Shown piece after piece: positions 29,823-38,869 of a stretch of DNA of 39,430 bases. A program made the position numbers and the translations under genes. The notes beneath the pieces were generated by a model. The model saw only the letters and a program-made list of their open reading frames with translations. It was not told where the DNA came from and made no database searches. The first letter of the stretch is position 1. Each line of letters begins with the position of its first letter. The stretch comes from Candidatus Hydrogenedentota bacterium (GTDB taxonomy: Bacteria; Hydrogenedentota; Hydrogenedentia; Hydrogenedentales; JAEUWI01): positions 1 through 39,430 of the forward strand of contig JAXMOL010000068.1 in the NCBI GenBank assembly GCA_034669905.1, in the 5' to 3' direction.

Positions 29823-31295
29823 ATGAGCAGCCACCATCGTATATCCAAAGGCCTTTCTTTCGACGACGTCCTCCTGCGGCCGGCACGCTCCAACGTGCTC
29901 CCCCGCGACGTCAACCTCGAAACCCAGTTGACGCGCAATATCCGCCTCAACATCCCGCTCATCAGCGCGGCGATGGACACGGTCACCGAAGCTCGCCTGG
30001 CCATCGGCATTGCCCAGGAAGGCGGCATCGGCATCATCCACAAGAACCTGACCATTGATGATCAGGCCACGGAAGTTGATAAGGTCAAGCGCTCTCAGTC
30101 GGGCACCATCACCGACCCCTTTACCCTCAGCCCCGAGTGCAAGCTCCAAGATGCAGAATCCCTCATGGCGCGCTACCACATCTCCGGGGTGCCCATTACG
30201 GATGCGCAAGGCACCCTCGTCGGTATCCTGACCAACCGGGATCTCCGCTTTGAGGAAGACTATTCCAAGCCCATCGCGAGTGTCATGACCCCCCAGGACC
30301 GGCTGGTTACGGTAGCCCCCGGCACCACCCATGAAGATGCCAAGCGGCTGCTCCACAAACACCGCATCGAAAAACTTCCCATCGTCGACGAGACCGGCAA
30401 GCTCCAGGGCCTCCTGACGATTAAAGACATTAAGAAGGCCAAAGATTTCCCCAACCGGTGCACCGATGCCTCAAGCCGCCTGCGGGTGGGTGCCGCTCTC
30501 GGTGTAGGACCCGGCGAAAAAGATCGGGCCCGTGCCTTGATCGATGCTGGCGTAGACGTGTTGGTCGTGGACAGTGCCCATGGCCACAATGTCATGGTGC
30601 TCGAAACGGTGCGACTCCTGAAAGACGCCTTCCCGGATACGGATTTCATTGCCGGTAACATTGTCACGGCCGCAGCGGCCAAAGACCTCATCGAGGCCGG
30701 TGCCGATGCCGTGAAAGTGGGCGTGGGTCCGGGCTCCATCTGCACGACCCGGGTGGTCGCCGGTGTGGGCGTGCCCCAATTGACTGCCGTGATGGATGTC
30801 GCCGAAGTCTGCAAAGCCGCGGGCGTGCCCGTCATTGCGGACGGGGGCATCAAATACAGCGGCGACATCGCCAAGGCCATTGCCGGCGGCGCCGATACGG
30901 CCATGATCGGCAGTCTCTTCGCCGGCACGGAAGAAAGTCCCGGTGACACTATCCTCTATGAAGGGCGGACCTTTAAGGTTGTGCGGGGCATGGGTTCCAT
31001 CAAGGCCATGCAGCAGGGCAGCAAAACCCGCTACATGCAATTCGACGATGAGCCCAAAAAGCTCGTACCGGAAGGCATTGAAGCGCGGGTCCCCTATCGC
31101 GGCGCCCTGGCCGACTACATCCACCAGCTGGTCGGTGGCCTTCGCGCCTCCATGGGCTACTGTGGTTGTATCGACATCCCCGCCATGCAAACCGAACCCC
31201 ATTTTGTCTCCATTACCGCAGCGGGTCTGCGCGAAAGCCATCCCCACGACGTAACGATTACGGAAGACGCGCCCAACTATCAGGTGTCCCGATAG
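29823..31295 (+). CDS. guaB: IMP dehydrogenase
   Basis: [19 protein letters not shown] pair, [36 protein letters not shown] 29823 preferred. Confidence 0.98.
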   Translation: MSSHHRISKGLSFDDVLLRPARSNVLPRDVNLETQLTRNIRLNIPLISAAMDTVTEARLAIGIAQEGGIGIIHKNLTIDDQATEVDKVKRSQSGTITDPFTLSPECKLQDAESLMARYHISGVPITDAQGTLVGILTNRDLRFEEDYSKPIASVMTPQDRLVTVAPGTTHEDAKRLLHKHRIEKLPIVDETGKLQGLLTIKDIKKAKDFPNRCTDASSRLRVGAALGVGPGEKDRARALIDAGVDVLVVDSAHGHNVMVLETVRLLKDAFPDTDFIAGNIVTAAAAKDLIEAGADAVKVGVGPGSICTTRVVAGVGVPQLTAVMDVAEVCKAAGVPVIADGGIKYSGDIAKAIAGGADTAMIGSLFAGTEESPGDTILYEGRTFKVVRGMGSIKAMQQGSKTRYMQFDDEPKKLVPEGIEARVPYRGALADYIHQLVGGLRASMGYCGCIDIPAMQTEPHFVSITAAGLRESHPHDVTITEDAPNYQVSR

Positions 31296-31362
31296 TCGGG
31301 TCCCGGTCTCTTCCCCCCGGTGTGGAGACCAAGTGCAGGCGTCCAGCGAAAGGATTTTTACC

Positions 31363-32910
31363 ATGCAGGGAGTTGGCAAGACCATCGTTGTCCTCGACTT
31401 CGGTGCCCAGTACAGCAAGCTCATTGCCCGGCGCATCCGCGAGGCCAACGTCTATAGTGTGATTCTGCCCTTCAGCGTTTCCATCGACGAATTGAAGGCA
31501 CACGATCCTGCGGGCATCATTTTCAGCGGCGGCCCGGCGAGTGTACACGCCGACGGTGCCCCCAAGCCCGACCCGGCAGTTTTCGATTTGGGGGTCCCCA
31601 TCCTCGGCATCTGCTACGGCGTTCAGCTCCTGGCCGATATGCTCGGTGGCAAGGTGGAAGCGGCCGACGAGCGGGAATATGGCATCGCCCATCTCACCCA
31701 TAATGACCCGACGGGATTTCTGGCAGACATTAACACCCAAGCCCAGGTCTGGATGAGCCATGGCGACCGCATCACCAGGCTGCCGGAAGGGTTTACGGCC
31801 ATCGGGCACACAGAAAACTCGCCCTACGCCGCCATCGCCAATGCCGAAGATCGCCGTTATGGCGTCCAGTTCCACCCCGAAGTGGTCCACACCCCCCAGG
31901 GTGCCCGAATGCTTTCCAACTTCGTTCACAAGGTTTGTGGCTGTGATTCCCGTTGGGACATGGGTTCCTTTGTCGATATGGCCCTGGCCCAGATTCGGGA
32001 GCAAGTGGGCGACCGCAAGGTCCTTTGCGGCCTCAGTGGCGGCGTCGACTCCAGCGTGGCGGCCGCCCTCATTCACAAAGCGATTGGCGACAATCTCACC
32101 TGCGTTTTTGTGAATAATGGCCTGCTCCGCAAGGGCGAAGCCGAGTTGGTACAACACGTTTTCCGGGACAACTTCAAGATTAACCTGGACTATGTCGACG
32201 CGGAAGACCTCTTCCTCGATGCCCTCGCAGGGGTCACCGAGCCGGAGCAGAAACGCAAGATTATCGGCAACCTCTTTGTGGAAGTCTTTGAAAAGGAAGC
32301 CACGCGGCTCGGCCACATGGATTTTCTGGCCCAGGGCACCCTCTACCCCGACGTCATCGAATCCATATCGCCTTCTGGCGGCCCTTCAGCGACCATCAAG
32401 AGCCACCACAATGTGGGCGGTCTGCCGGAAAAAATGAACATGGAGCTCCTTGAGCCCCTGCGTGAACTCTTCAAAGACGAAGTGCGCAGCCTGGGCCGCG
32501 AGCTGGGACTGCCCGAAGATATCGTGGGCCGTCACCCCTTCCCCGGACCGGGTCTCGGCGTGCGTTGCATTGGTGCCATTACGCGGGAACGCCTCAACAC
32601 CCTCCGCGATGCCGATGCCATTTTCATCGACGAAATCCAGAGTGCCGGTCTCTACGACGCTATCTGGCAGGCCCTCGTTTGCCTCCTTCCCGTCCGCAGT
32701 GTGGGCGTCCAGGGGGACGAACGGACCTATGAAGAGGTCTGCAGCCTTCGCGCCGTGACGTCGGAAGACGCCATGACCGCCGACTGGTTCCGCTTCCCCC
32801 CGGAAGTCCTCCAGCGGGTCAGCAACCGGATTTGCAACGAGGTCAAACACATTAACCGCGTCATGTACGACGTAACCTCCAAGCCCCCGGGCACCATCGA
32901 GTGGGAATAG
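31363..32910 (+). CDS. guaA: GMP synthase (glutamine-hydrolysing)
   Basis: LDFGAQY, GICYG, QFHPEV, SGGVDS, QGTLYPDVIES, IKSHHNVGGLP, HPFPGPGL, KPPGTIEWE. Confidence 0.98.
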   Translation: MQGVGKTIVVLDFGAQYSKLIARRIREANVYSVILPFSVSIDELKAHDPAGIIFSGGPASVHADGAPKPDPAVFDLGVPILGICYGVQLLADMLGGKVEAADEREYGIAHLTHNDPTGFLADINTQAQVWMSHGDRITRLPEGFTAIGHTENSPYAAIANAEDRRYGVQFHPEVVHTPQGARMLSNFVHKVCGCDSRWDMGSFVDMALAQIREQVGDRKVLCGLSGGVDSSVAAALIHKAIGDNLTCVFVNNGLLRKGEAELVQHVFRDNFKINLDYVDAEDLFLDALAGVTEPEQKRKIIGNLFVEVFEKEATRLGHMDFLAQGTLYPDVIESISPSGGPSATIKSHHNVGGLPEKMNMELLEPLRELFKDEVRSLGRELGLPEDIVGRHPFPGPGLGVRCIGAITRERLNTLRDADAIFIDEIQSAGLYDAIWQALVCLLPVRSVGVQGDERTYEEVCSLRAVTSEDAMTADWFRFPPEVLQRVSNRICNEVKHINRVMYDVTSKPPGTIEWE

Positions 32911-32936
32911 CCGACCCCTTCGGTCGCACGCAATTC

Positions 32937-32998
32937 ATGGGACGTATGGGTCTTATGGGACTTATGGGTTCATCGGTCCCATCGCTCACATAGGTCCC
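32937..32998. repeat. 9-bp-period ATGGGAC repeat with inverted partner
   Basis: ATGGGACGT ATGGGTCTT ATGGGACTT ATGGGTTCA then GGTCCCATC...GGTCCC. Confidence 0.8.
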
Positions 32999-33014
32999 GC
33001 ACTTGGCTCCCCAC

Positions 33015-34286
33015 ATGACTTCGATGTTTCTTTCCGCCTTGTTGGCGGCCCTGGCCGCGCCCAATGTAGTGGTCATCTCGGTAGATACCCTGCGCGCCGA
33101 CCACATGGGGGTCTATGGCTTCGCCCGCAACACAACGCCCCATCTGGATCGCCTCGCCGAAAAGTCGCTCCTCTTTGAAGATGCCATCTGCGAACAACCC
33201 CAGACGGGTCCGTCGCTCATGGCCATGTTCAGCTCCCGGCTCCCCCGGGTCACAGGGGCCATCCGCAATGGCGTCCCCCTGCCCCCCACGACCCCCACGG
33301 CGGCCATGGTCTTCCAGGACGCGGGTTATGACACGGCGGCCATCGTAAGCAACTGGAATCTGAAGGTGAAGCTTTCGGGCCTCGACCGGGGATTCGCCCA
33401 CTACGACGCCGACTTTGGGAAGCGCTGGTGGGGACGGGAACGGCACGAAATGACCGCCGATGTGGTCACCAACCGGGCCTTGGCCTGGCTGGAGAAACGG
33501 GACGGAGAAAAGCCTTTTTTCTTCTGGGTCCACTATATGGATCCCCATGCGCCCTATAAGAACAAGCGGGGATTTGCCGAGCAGCTCCATGGGGGCAACC
33601 GCGTCAAGAAGCAGCGAATCGACCCGCCGGAAGCCCGCTATCAGACGGAAATTGCCTTTGCCGATCAACAGATTGCGCGACTCCTCGCGGCCCTCCCCAG
33701 GGAGGACACGTACATTTTGTTCACCGCCGACCACGGCGAGAGTCTGGGCAATCACAACTATTGGGGCCACACCCGCTACATCTACCAGAATTCGATGCAC
33801 ATCCCCCTCTTCATTTCCGGTCCCGGGATTGAAGCACGTCGCAGCAATGCCCCCGTAAGGGGTATCGATATCGCGCCCACCCTCCTTGGATTGGCGGGCC
33901 TTTCCCCCCTTCCCACGATGACGGGAATGAACCTCTTGGAACAGCAGCCCGCACCCGAAACGGTCCGGGTCGTGGAGACCTACGGCGGCAGTGTGCCCAA
34001 AGGGGAGAACGTCCGCGAAGCCCTCGCCACCCGACCCCCCCGACGTCAGGCCATCATCCAGGATGGCTGGAAGTTCATCCGTAATGAAGAGGGCAGCCGG
34101 GAACTCTACCACCTCGCCGAAGACCCGGCCGAAGAGCACAATCTTATCGATTCCCAGGCAGAGCGCGCCAAGGCCCTGGAAGCACAGCTCGAAAGCTGGC
34201 ACCAGCAAACGCCCCGCAACCAGGCGAGCGCCAATGACCTGTCTGAAGAGGACTTGCGCATGTTGGAAGCCCAGGGGTATTTGTAG
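33015..34286 (+). CDS. Sulfatase-like hydrolase with Thr at the nucleophile position
   Basis: PNVVVISVDTLRADH, TPHLD, QTGPSL in place of CxPxR, HYMDPHAPY, TADHGE, WGH, HIPL, DIAPT, LYHLAEDPAE, LEAQGYL; start uncertain (33003/33015/33024). Confidence 0.88.
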   Translation: MTSMFLSALLAALAAPNVVVISVDTLRADHMGVYGFARNTTPHLDRLAEKSLLFEDAICEQPQTGPSLMAMFSSRLPRVTGAIRNGVPLPPTTPTAAMVFQDAGYDTAAIVSNWNLKVKLSGLDRGFAHYDADFGKRWWGRERHEMTADVVTNRALAWLEKRDGEKPFFFWVHYMDPHAPYKNKRGFAEQLHGGNRVKKQRIDPPEARYQTEIAFADQQIARLLAALPREDTYILFTADHGESLGNHNYWGHTRYIYQNSMHIPLFISGPGIEARRSNAPVRGIDIAPTLLGLAGLSPLPTMTGMNLLEQQPAPETVRVVETYGGSVPKGENVREALATRPPRRQAIIQDGWKFIRNEEGSRELYHLAEDPAEEHNLIDSQAERAKALEAQLESWHQQTPRNQASANDLSEEDLRMLEAQGYL

Positions 34287-34288
34287 GG

Positions 34289-34323
34289 GACGGTGGACAG
34301 TTGATAGTGGGCAGTTGACGGTT
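34289..34323 (+). repeat. Five degenerate 7-bp tandem units (GACAGTT-like)
   Basis: GACGGTG GACAGTT GATAGTG GGCAGTT GACGGTT right after the sulfatase stop. Confidence 0.75.
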
Positions 34324-34371
34324 GTGTCCATGGGGCACGTTCGCTTCCCCATGCTGGACAGGGCACCCATA

Positions 34372-34394
34372 AAGATGTATACTGAATACATCTT
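34372..34394. promoter_or_regulatory. NsrR-like operator
   Basis: AAGATGTAT-ACTGA-ATACATCTT, 23 bp with perfect 9-bp arms, fits gATGyAT-N5-ATrCATc; 18 nt upstream of the globin ATG. Confidence 0.8.
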
Positions 34395-34412
34395 AACAAT
34401 GGAGGCCTGATT

Positions 34413-34853
34413 ATGACCACTGCGAATACCACCGAGGTTGCCCTGCGGGATATCGAATCTATCGAGGACATCGAGTTTCTGGTGCGGACTTTTTACGATC
34501 AGGCGCTGGTGGATCCGGAGATTGGTTTCTTCTTCACCGAGATTGCCCACATCGATCTGGAGGCCCACCTGCCCAAAATGTACCGCTTCTGGTCCGCCCT
34601 CATTCTGGGATTGCCCACCTATCGGGAAAACGCCTTCCTTCCCCATGCCCTCCTCGCGGCGAAACATCCGATTGAAGCCCGACATTTTGCGCGTTGGCTG
34701 AAACTCTTCTTCGGCACCATCGATGCCCACTTCGAAGGCCCCAAAGCGGAGCTCGCAAAGACCCGCGCGCAGGGCATTGCCACGGCCATGTCGGGAAAAC
34801 TCGCATCCGAGGACGGAAGCACCGGGAGCGCTCCCATCCACCAAACAAGGTGA
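34413..34853 (+). CDS. Group III truncated hemoglobin (trHbP)
   Basis: DIEFLVRTFY, DPEIGFFF, HLPKMYRFW, proximal His (LPH), HFARWLKLF; GGAGG RBS. Confidence 0.93.
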   Translation: MTTANTTEVALRDIESIEDIEFLVRTFYDQALVDPEIGFFFTEIAHIDLEAHLPKMYRFWSALILGLPTYRENAFLPHALLAAKHPIEARHFARWLKLFFGTIDAHFEGPKAELAKTRAQGIATAMSGKLASEDGSTGSAPIHQTR

Positions 34854-34946
34854 ATTTCCATTTGAAAAATTCCCCGCCTCGCGCTACACTGCCGAAACCT
34901 TTTCTAACCCTACCACGTAGCAATCGGGAACCAACGAGGCATACAC

Positions 34947-36245
34947 ATGAGCACGAAACAAACCATTACCCGTCGCGGTTTTTTGAAGGGCGCGGCCACG
35001 GCAGCCGCTGCCCCACTCCTTCTCCCCGCCTGTACAACGACCCGTCGCAACTATCCGGGCCCCAATGATGTCATCAACGTCGTCGCGGTGGGCGTGGGCT
35101 GGCAGGGCACCAGCAACCTGGAAGGCTTCCTGCGCAACAAGGGCTGCCGGGTGGTTGCCGTGTGTGATATTGATGCCCACCACCTCCAGAATGCCCGTGA
35201 CATGGTCAACCGGACCTACGAAAACACGGACTGTAAGACCTTCCACAATTTTGAAGAAATGTATGACCAGGTCAATATCGACGCGGTCAGCCTTGGCCTG
35301 CCCGATCACTGGCACGCCATCCCCGCGATTGCAGCCGCCGAAAAGGGCTTTGATGTCTATGGCGAAAAGCCCTTCTCCCACACCTGGGCCGAAGGCCGCG
35401 CCATGGTCGATGCCCTTGAGAAAAATCACTGCGTCTGGCAGACAGGGAGCTGGCAGCGCTCCGTGGAGAACTTCCACCACGCTTCCGAACTGGTCATCAA
35501 TGGCTACATCGGCAACGTCCATCGCGTGGAAGTGGGCCTCCACGACGGCTACTCCGACTACGCCAAGACCGCCCACCTGACGACCTTCGGACCGCCCCCG
35601 GCGCACCTGGACTATGACCGCTGGCTCGGACCGGCGGAAGTGGCGCCCTATTGTGCGGCACGGGTCCACAAGAACTGGCGCTGGATTATGGCCTATGGTG
35701 GCGGTCGTATCATGGATTGGTGCGGACACCACTGTGACATCGCCCACTGGGGCCTGGGCTTTGACCGGACCGGTCCGGTGAGCGCCGAAGGCACGGGCCT
35801 CATTCCCGATCCGCACAGCCTCTGGGATGCACCCACGGAATATGACGTGGACTGCACCTATGCAAACGGCACGGTGATGAACGTGAGCAGCAAGCACCCC
35901 GGTGGCACCAAGTGGATCGGCGATGAAGGCTGGATCTATGTAAACCGGGGCACGACGGAGGCCAGCAACCCGGCCCTCCTCGAGCATAAAATCAGCGACA
36001 ATGAAACCCGGCTCTACAAGAGCAGCAATCACATCGCCAACTTCCTCGACTGTATCCGCACCCGCGCCGAAACCATCACCCCCGCCGAAGTAGCCCACCG
36101 CTCTGCCTCCGTGGGGCACCTGTGCAACGCCGCCATCTATACGGGCCGCAAGGTGAACTGGGACCCGGAACTGGAGAAGGTCATCGACGACAAAGAAGCC
36201 AGCGACATGATGTATCCGACCTATCGGAAACCGTGGACCCTGTAA
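34947..36245 (+). CDS. Gfo/Idh/MocA oxidoreductase with Tat signal and lipobox
   Basis: TRRGFLK, LLPAC lipobox, VGVGWQG, VCD, PDHWHA, GEKP, QTGSWQRS, DWCGHHCDIAHW. Confidence 0.92.
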   Translation: MSTKQTITRRGFLKGAATAAAAPLLLPACTTTRRNYPGPNDVINVVAVGVGWQGTSNLEGFLRNKGCRVVAVCDIDAHHLQNARDMVNRTYENTDCKTFHNFEEMYDQVNIDAVSLGLPDHWHAIPAIAAAEKGFDVYGEKPFSHTWAEGRAMVDALEKNHCVWQTGSWQRSVENFHHASELVINGYIGNVHRVEVGLHDGYSDYAKTAHLTTFGPPPAHLDYDRWLGPAEVAPYCAARVHKNWRWIMAYGGGRIMDWCGHHCDIAHWGLGFDRTGPVSAEGTGLIPDPHSLWDAPTEYDVDCTYANGTVMNVSSKHPGGTKWIGDEGWIYVNRGTTEASNPALLEHKISDNETRLYKSSNHIANFLDCIRTRAETITPAEVAHRSASVGHLCNAAIYTGRKVNWDPELEKVIDDKEASDMMYPTYRKPWTL

Positions 36246-36268
36246 ACAAATCGCACATTGGTACGTCC

Positions 36269-36305
36269 ACTGCCGGCATCGCCTTGGGATGCCGGCAGTT
36301 TTTTT
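36269..36305 (+). terminator. Rho-independent terminator
   Basis: 12-bp stem ACTGCCGGCATC/GATGCCGGCAGT followed by a run of T. Confidence 0.9.
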
Positions 36306-36419
36306 GAGCCAGGCTGCTCAATCGGAGCGCGGGTTTTCGACAACCCAGCTTCCGATGCCCCCACCACCAGTTGACACACCACCCGTTCCGTGGTAGCCTT
36401 GGGGTGAGAGGGAATCGGT

Positions 36420-36884
36420 ATGGGATTTGGAAAAATAGCGACGTGGCTTGCGCTTTTTGCGCTTCTCGCCAACGCCAGCAGTGGATTGGGACTGGAACAT
36501 GCACGTCCCGACACGTCTTCGGTCGTTGCCACCGTCTGTACCACCCAGGCAGCCATCAGCACCCTGATGCAACCCAACGATGCCACGACCGAGCTGAATG
36601 TTTGTGCCCTCCAGACCAGTCTCGGCAACACGACAGTTCCCAGTGATTCGACGGTGAGCAGCGCTTCCGACAGCCTGTTGCTGGCCGTGCTTTACGCTTC
36701 GCCTGAGTTACTCACGCCCCCAACCCTGCGCAGTACCTACCTCGATGGGGCGTTGGGTGCCGAATCAGAAACGCGCCTGGCATCGGCACAGATCGCAGCC
36801 TGTCTGCCTCCCCCCGAAACGCTGCCGCTGAATCACGCCCTCCACACCCTGCGTACACCCAACGGACCGCCCGTCACCGCCTGA
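36420..36884 (+). CDS. Signal-peptide ORF ending in an xGPP motif (candidate leader or arrest peptide)
   Basis: 154 aa; GAGAGGG RBS; signal-like MGFGKIATWLALFALLANA; S/T/A-rich middle; ends LPPPETLPLNHALHTLRTPNGPPVTA. Confidence 0.6.
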   Translation: MGFGKIATWLALFALLANASSGLGLEHARPDTSSVVATVCTTQAAISTLMQPNDATTELNVCALQTSLGNTTVPSDSTVSSASDSLLLAVLYASPELLTPPTLRSTYLDGALGAESETRLASAQIAACLPPPETLPLNHALHTLRTPNGPPVTA

Positions 36885-37010
36885 GGCTTCTTCTCGCGAA
36901 GCCCCCGAGGTAGACCCTGCCCCCGTGTACGGTCCCTCCGGAATGCGACGGTCATAGTCTGTGAATTCCAAGGCGCACACTGAAACCTTTGTTGGTTCCA
37001 TGGTGTATAG

Positions 37011-38234
37011 GTGAACGAGGTGTACATGTTCGACCCCAGAACGATAACCCGCTACGACGTACTCCGTCTCGGCTGGCGTATAACCGGGCTGCTCGTGCTG
37101 GTCATGGCCAGCGCCACCGGTTCCTATGTCGCGATGGCAGCGGTGGTCAGTCTTCAGCCACCGGACAATGGCGTACTGCTGCGGATCCCCGTCCTGCTGG
37201 AGGGAGAAGACGAAGAAAGCATGGCGGGCGTTCAGTTCGACCTTCAATTTGACCCCGCAGACTATACGCTGGAAGGCATCGAAGCGGGCGCCATCGCCAC
37301 CGACGCCGGCAAGGAGACCATCCTGTCGGAGCCCACGCCGGGAACCGGACGGGTGCTCATCACGGGATTCAACAACCACACACTCGCCGATGGCCATGTG
37401 GCCACCCTCATCCTGCGGCGTCGCGCACCCGACGCCACGGACGAGGCCCTGGCCATCGGCAAATTTTTAGCCACGGATCCCTTCGGAAATCAGGTACCCT
37501 TGGGCTACCGCGACGATTATAGCTATCCCCCGGTGGCCCCCGAGCCTGTCGAGGCACGGCTTACCGAAACGGATGGAGACGGAGACACGCCTCCCGTCAC
37601 AGACGAAAGCAACGACGCGGAAGAATCCACGGGACGCAACGCGGAGACCAGTGAAAACAGCATTGGCCTTTCCGAACCGTTTTCCGCAGTGGCATCGGGA
37701 CAGGTAGGAGATTCCGATCCCCTGGACGAAAGCGCGGTGCGCGCACCCGCCGTCAATCCCACACAGAAAAAGGCACGCCCCGTCCGAAACGGCACGCCCG
37801 CGCGCACCAGTTCCGCCACGGTGCACGTCGCTCCGCGCGTTTCGGCGCCCACCTACCAACGCCCCCGTATCGGGGGAACGGCGTCCCCGTCGGGCCCGCC
37901 CAAGCAAGGCCCGACCCGGACGGCCATCGCGAAGCGCTCAGCGACACGGGAACCCATCGACGCCGGCACCGTAGTGCCCCCATCGCCCCAGGCCGATAGC
38001 TCCACACCGCGACTGGCCCTGGCGCTTCCCAGTTCCTCGCCGACGCGGTCCTTGGTACACCGCAATGAACTGGAAACACCCCTCGGATCAGGTGCCCTGA
38101 AGACCACCTCCCGTGATTGGACTACTATGGCCTGGAGCGTTGGACTCTTTCTTTTCTTCTTCACCGGATTTGGAATCCTCCATATCAAGGTCGTCCGCTT
38201 CCTCTCACGCAGCACGCGGAGGAAAACGTCATGA
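37011..38234 (+). CDS. Cohesin-like domain protein with long disordered linker and C-terminal TM anchor
   Basis: N-terminal hydrophobic signal; IPVLL...AGVQFDLQFDP...GAIATDAGK...RVLITGFN...GHVATL...TDPFG; about 200 aa P/S/T/A-rich; TM then RSTRRKTS. Start may be ATG 37026. Confidence 0.78.
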   Translation: MNEVYMFDPRTITRYDVLRLGWRITGLLVLVMASATGSYVAMAAVVSLQPPDNGVLLRIPVLLEGEDEESMAGVQFDLQFDPADYTLEGIEAGAIATDAGKETILSEPTPGTGRVLITGFNNHTLADGHVATLILRRRAPDATDEALAIGKFLATDPFGNQVPLGYRDDYSYPPVAPEPVEARLTETDGDGDTPPVTDESNDAEESTGRNAETSENSIGLSEPFSAVASGQVGDSDPLDESAVRAPAVNPTQKKARPVRNGTPARTSSATVHVAPRVSAPTYQRPRIGGTASPSGPPKQGPTRTAIAKRSATREPIDAGTVVPPSPQADSSTPRLALALPSSSPTRSLVHRNELETPLGSGALKTTSRDWTTMAWSVGLFLFFFTGFGILHIKVVRFLSRSTRRKTS

Positions 38235-38869
38235 CCCACCCCAAACAATGGCTAACCCTTCTATGCGTAACCGCGATCTTCTGGGTGCCACAGAGCATGG
38301 CCGCAACGTTGCGCCTCCAACCCATCGTCACCCTGGATAACACGCCTACGGCCCAGCTCCCCGTCCATCTGGATACCCGGGAAGGGGATTTCGTGGCGAG
38401 CCTCCAGTTTGATATCCATTTCGACCCCCAGCACCTCCAGTTTCGCGATGTGGAAACGGGGACGGCCGCCGCACAGTCTGACAAGTCCGCCCATTTCAAT
38501 CAGATTCAGCCCGATGTCATACGCGTGGTCGTCGCAGGACTCAATCGCACGGTCATCACACCCGGCACCCTGTCGCTGATTGTTTTTGATCTGGTGGACG
38601 GGGCAGCCGGAACCACCTCGTTGCGCATGGACGGGGCCATTCTCAGCGACCCCTTCGGCACGGCAGTTCCCGCGACCCTCTCTCCCCATACCCTGGTGCT
38701 GGAAACCCGCGGAGGCACCGTGCAGAACGAACTCGCGACCGGCACGTCAAACAGCACCGTTCCCAACCACGGCTATAACACCTATCCTGCCTTCATCGTC
38801 GCCCTCCTCGGCGTGGGTGCCGCCATGCTATGGGCCCGTAAGTCCCCCAGAAAGCGAGGTCGCCGATGA
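38231..38869 (+). CDS. Cohesin-like domain protein with C-terminal TM anchor
   Basis: ATG 38231 overlaps the previous stop (ATGA); signal peptide ending SMA; LPVHL...ASLQFDIHFDP...GTAAAQSDK...RVVVAGLN...SDPFG; TM then RKSPRKRGRR. Confidence 0.8.
   Translation: MTHPKQWLTLLCVTAIFWVPQSMAATLRLQPIVTLDNTPTAQLPVHLDTREGDFVASLQFDIHFDPQHLQFRDVETGTAAAQSDKSAHFNQIQPDVIRVVVAGLNRTVITPGTLSLIVFDLVDGAAGTTSLRMDGAILSDPFGTAVPATLSPHTLVLETRGGTVQNELATGTSNSTVPNHGYNTYPAFIVALLGVGAAMLWARKSPRKRGRR

Noticed and set aside
32880..32910. Genomic island integrated at the guaA 3' end, a known hotspot
   Set aside because: No integrase downstream and no second copy of the guaA 3' end noticed in the window.
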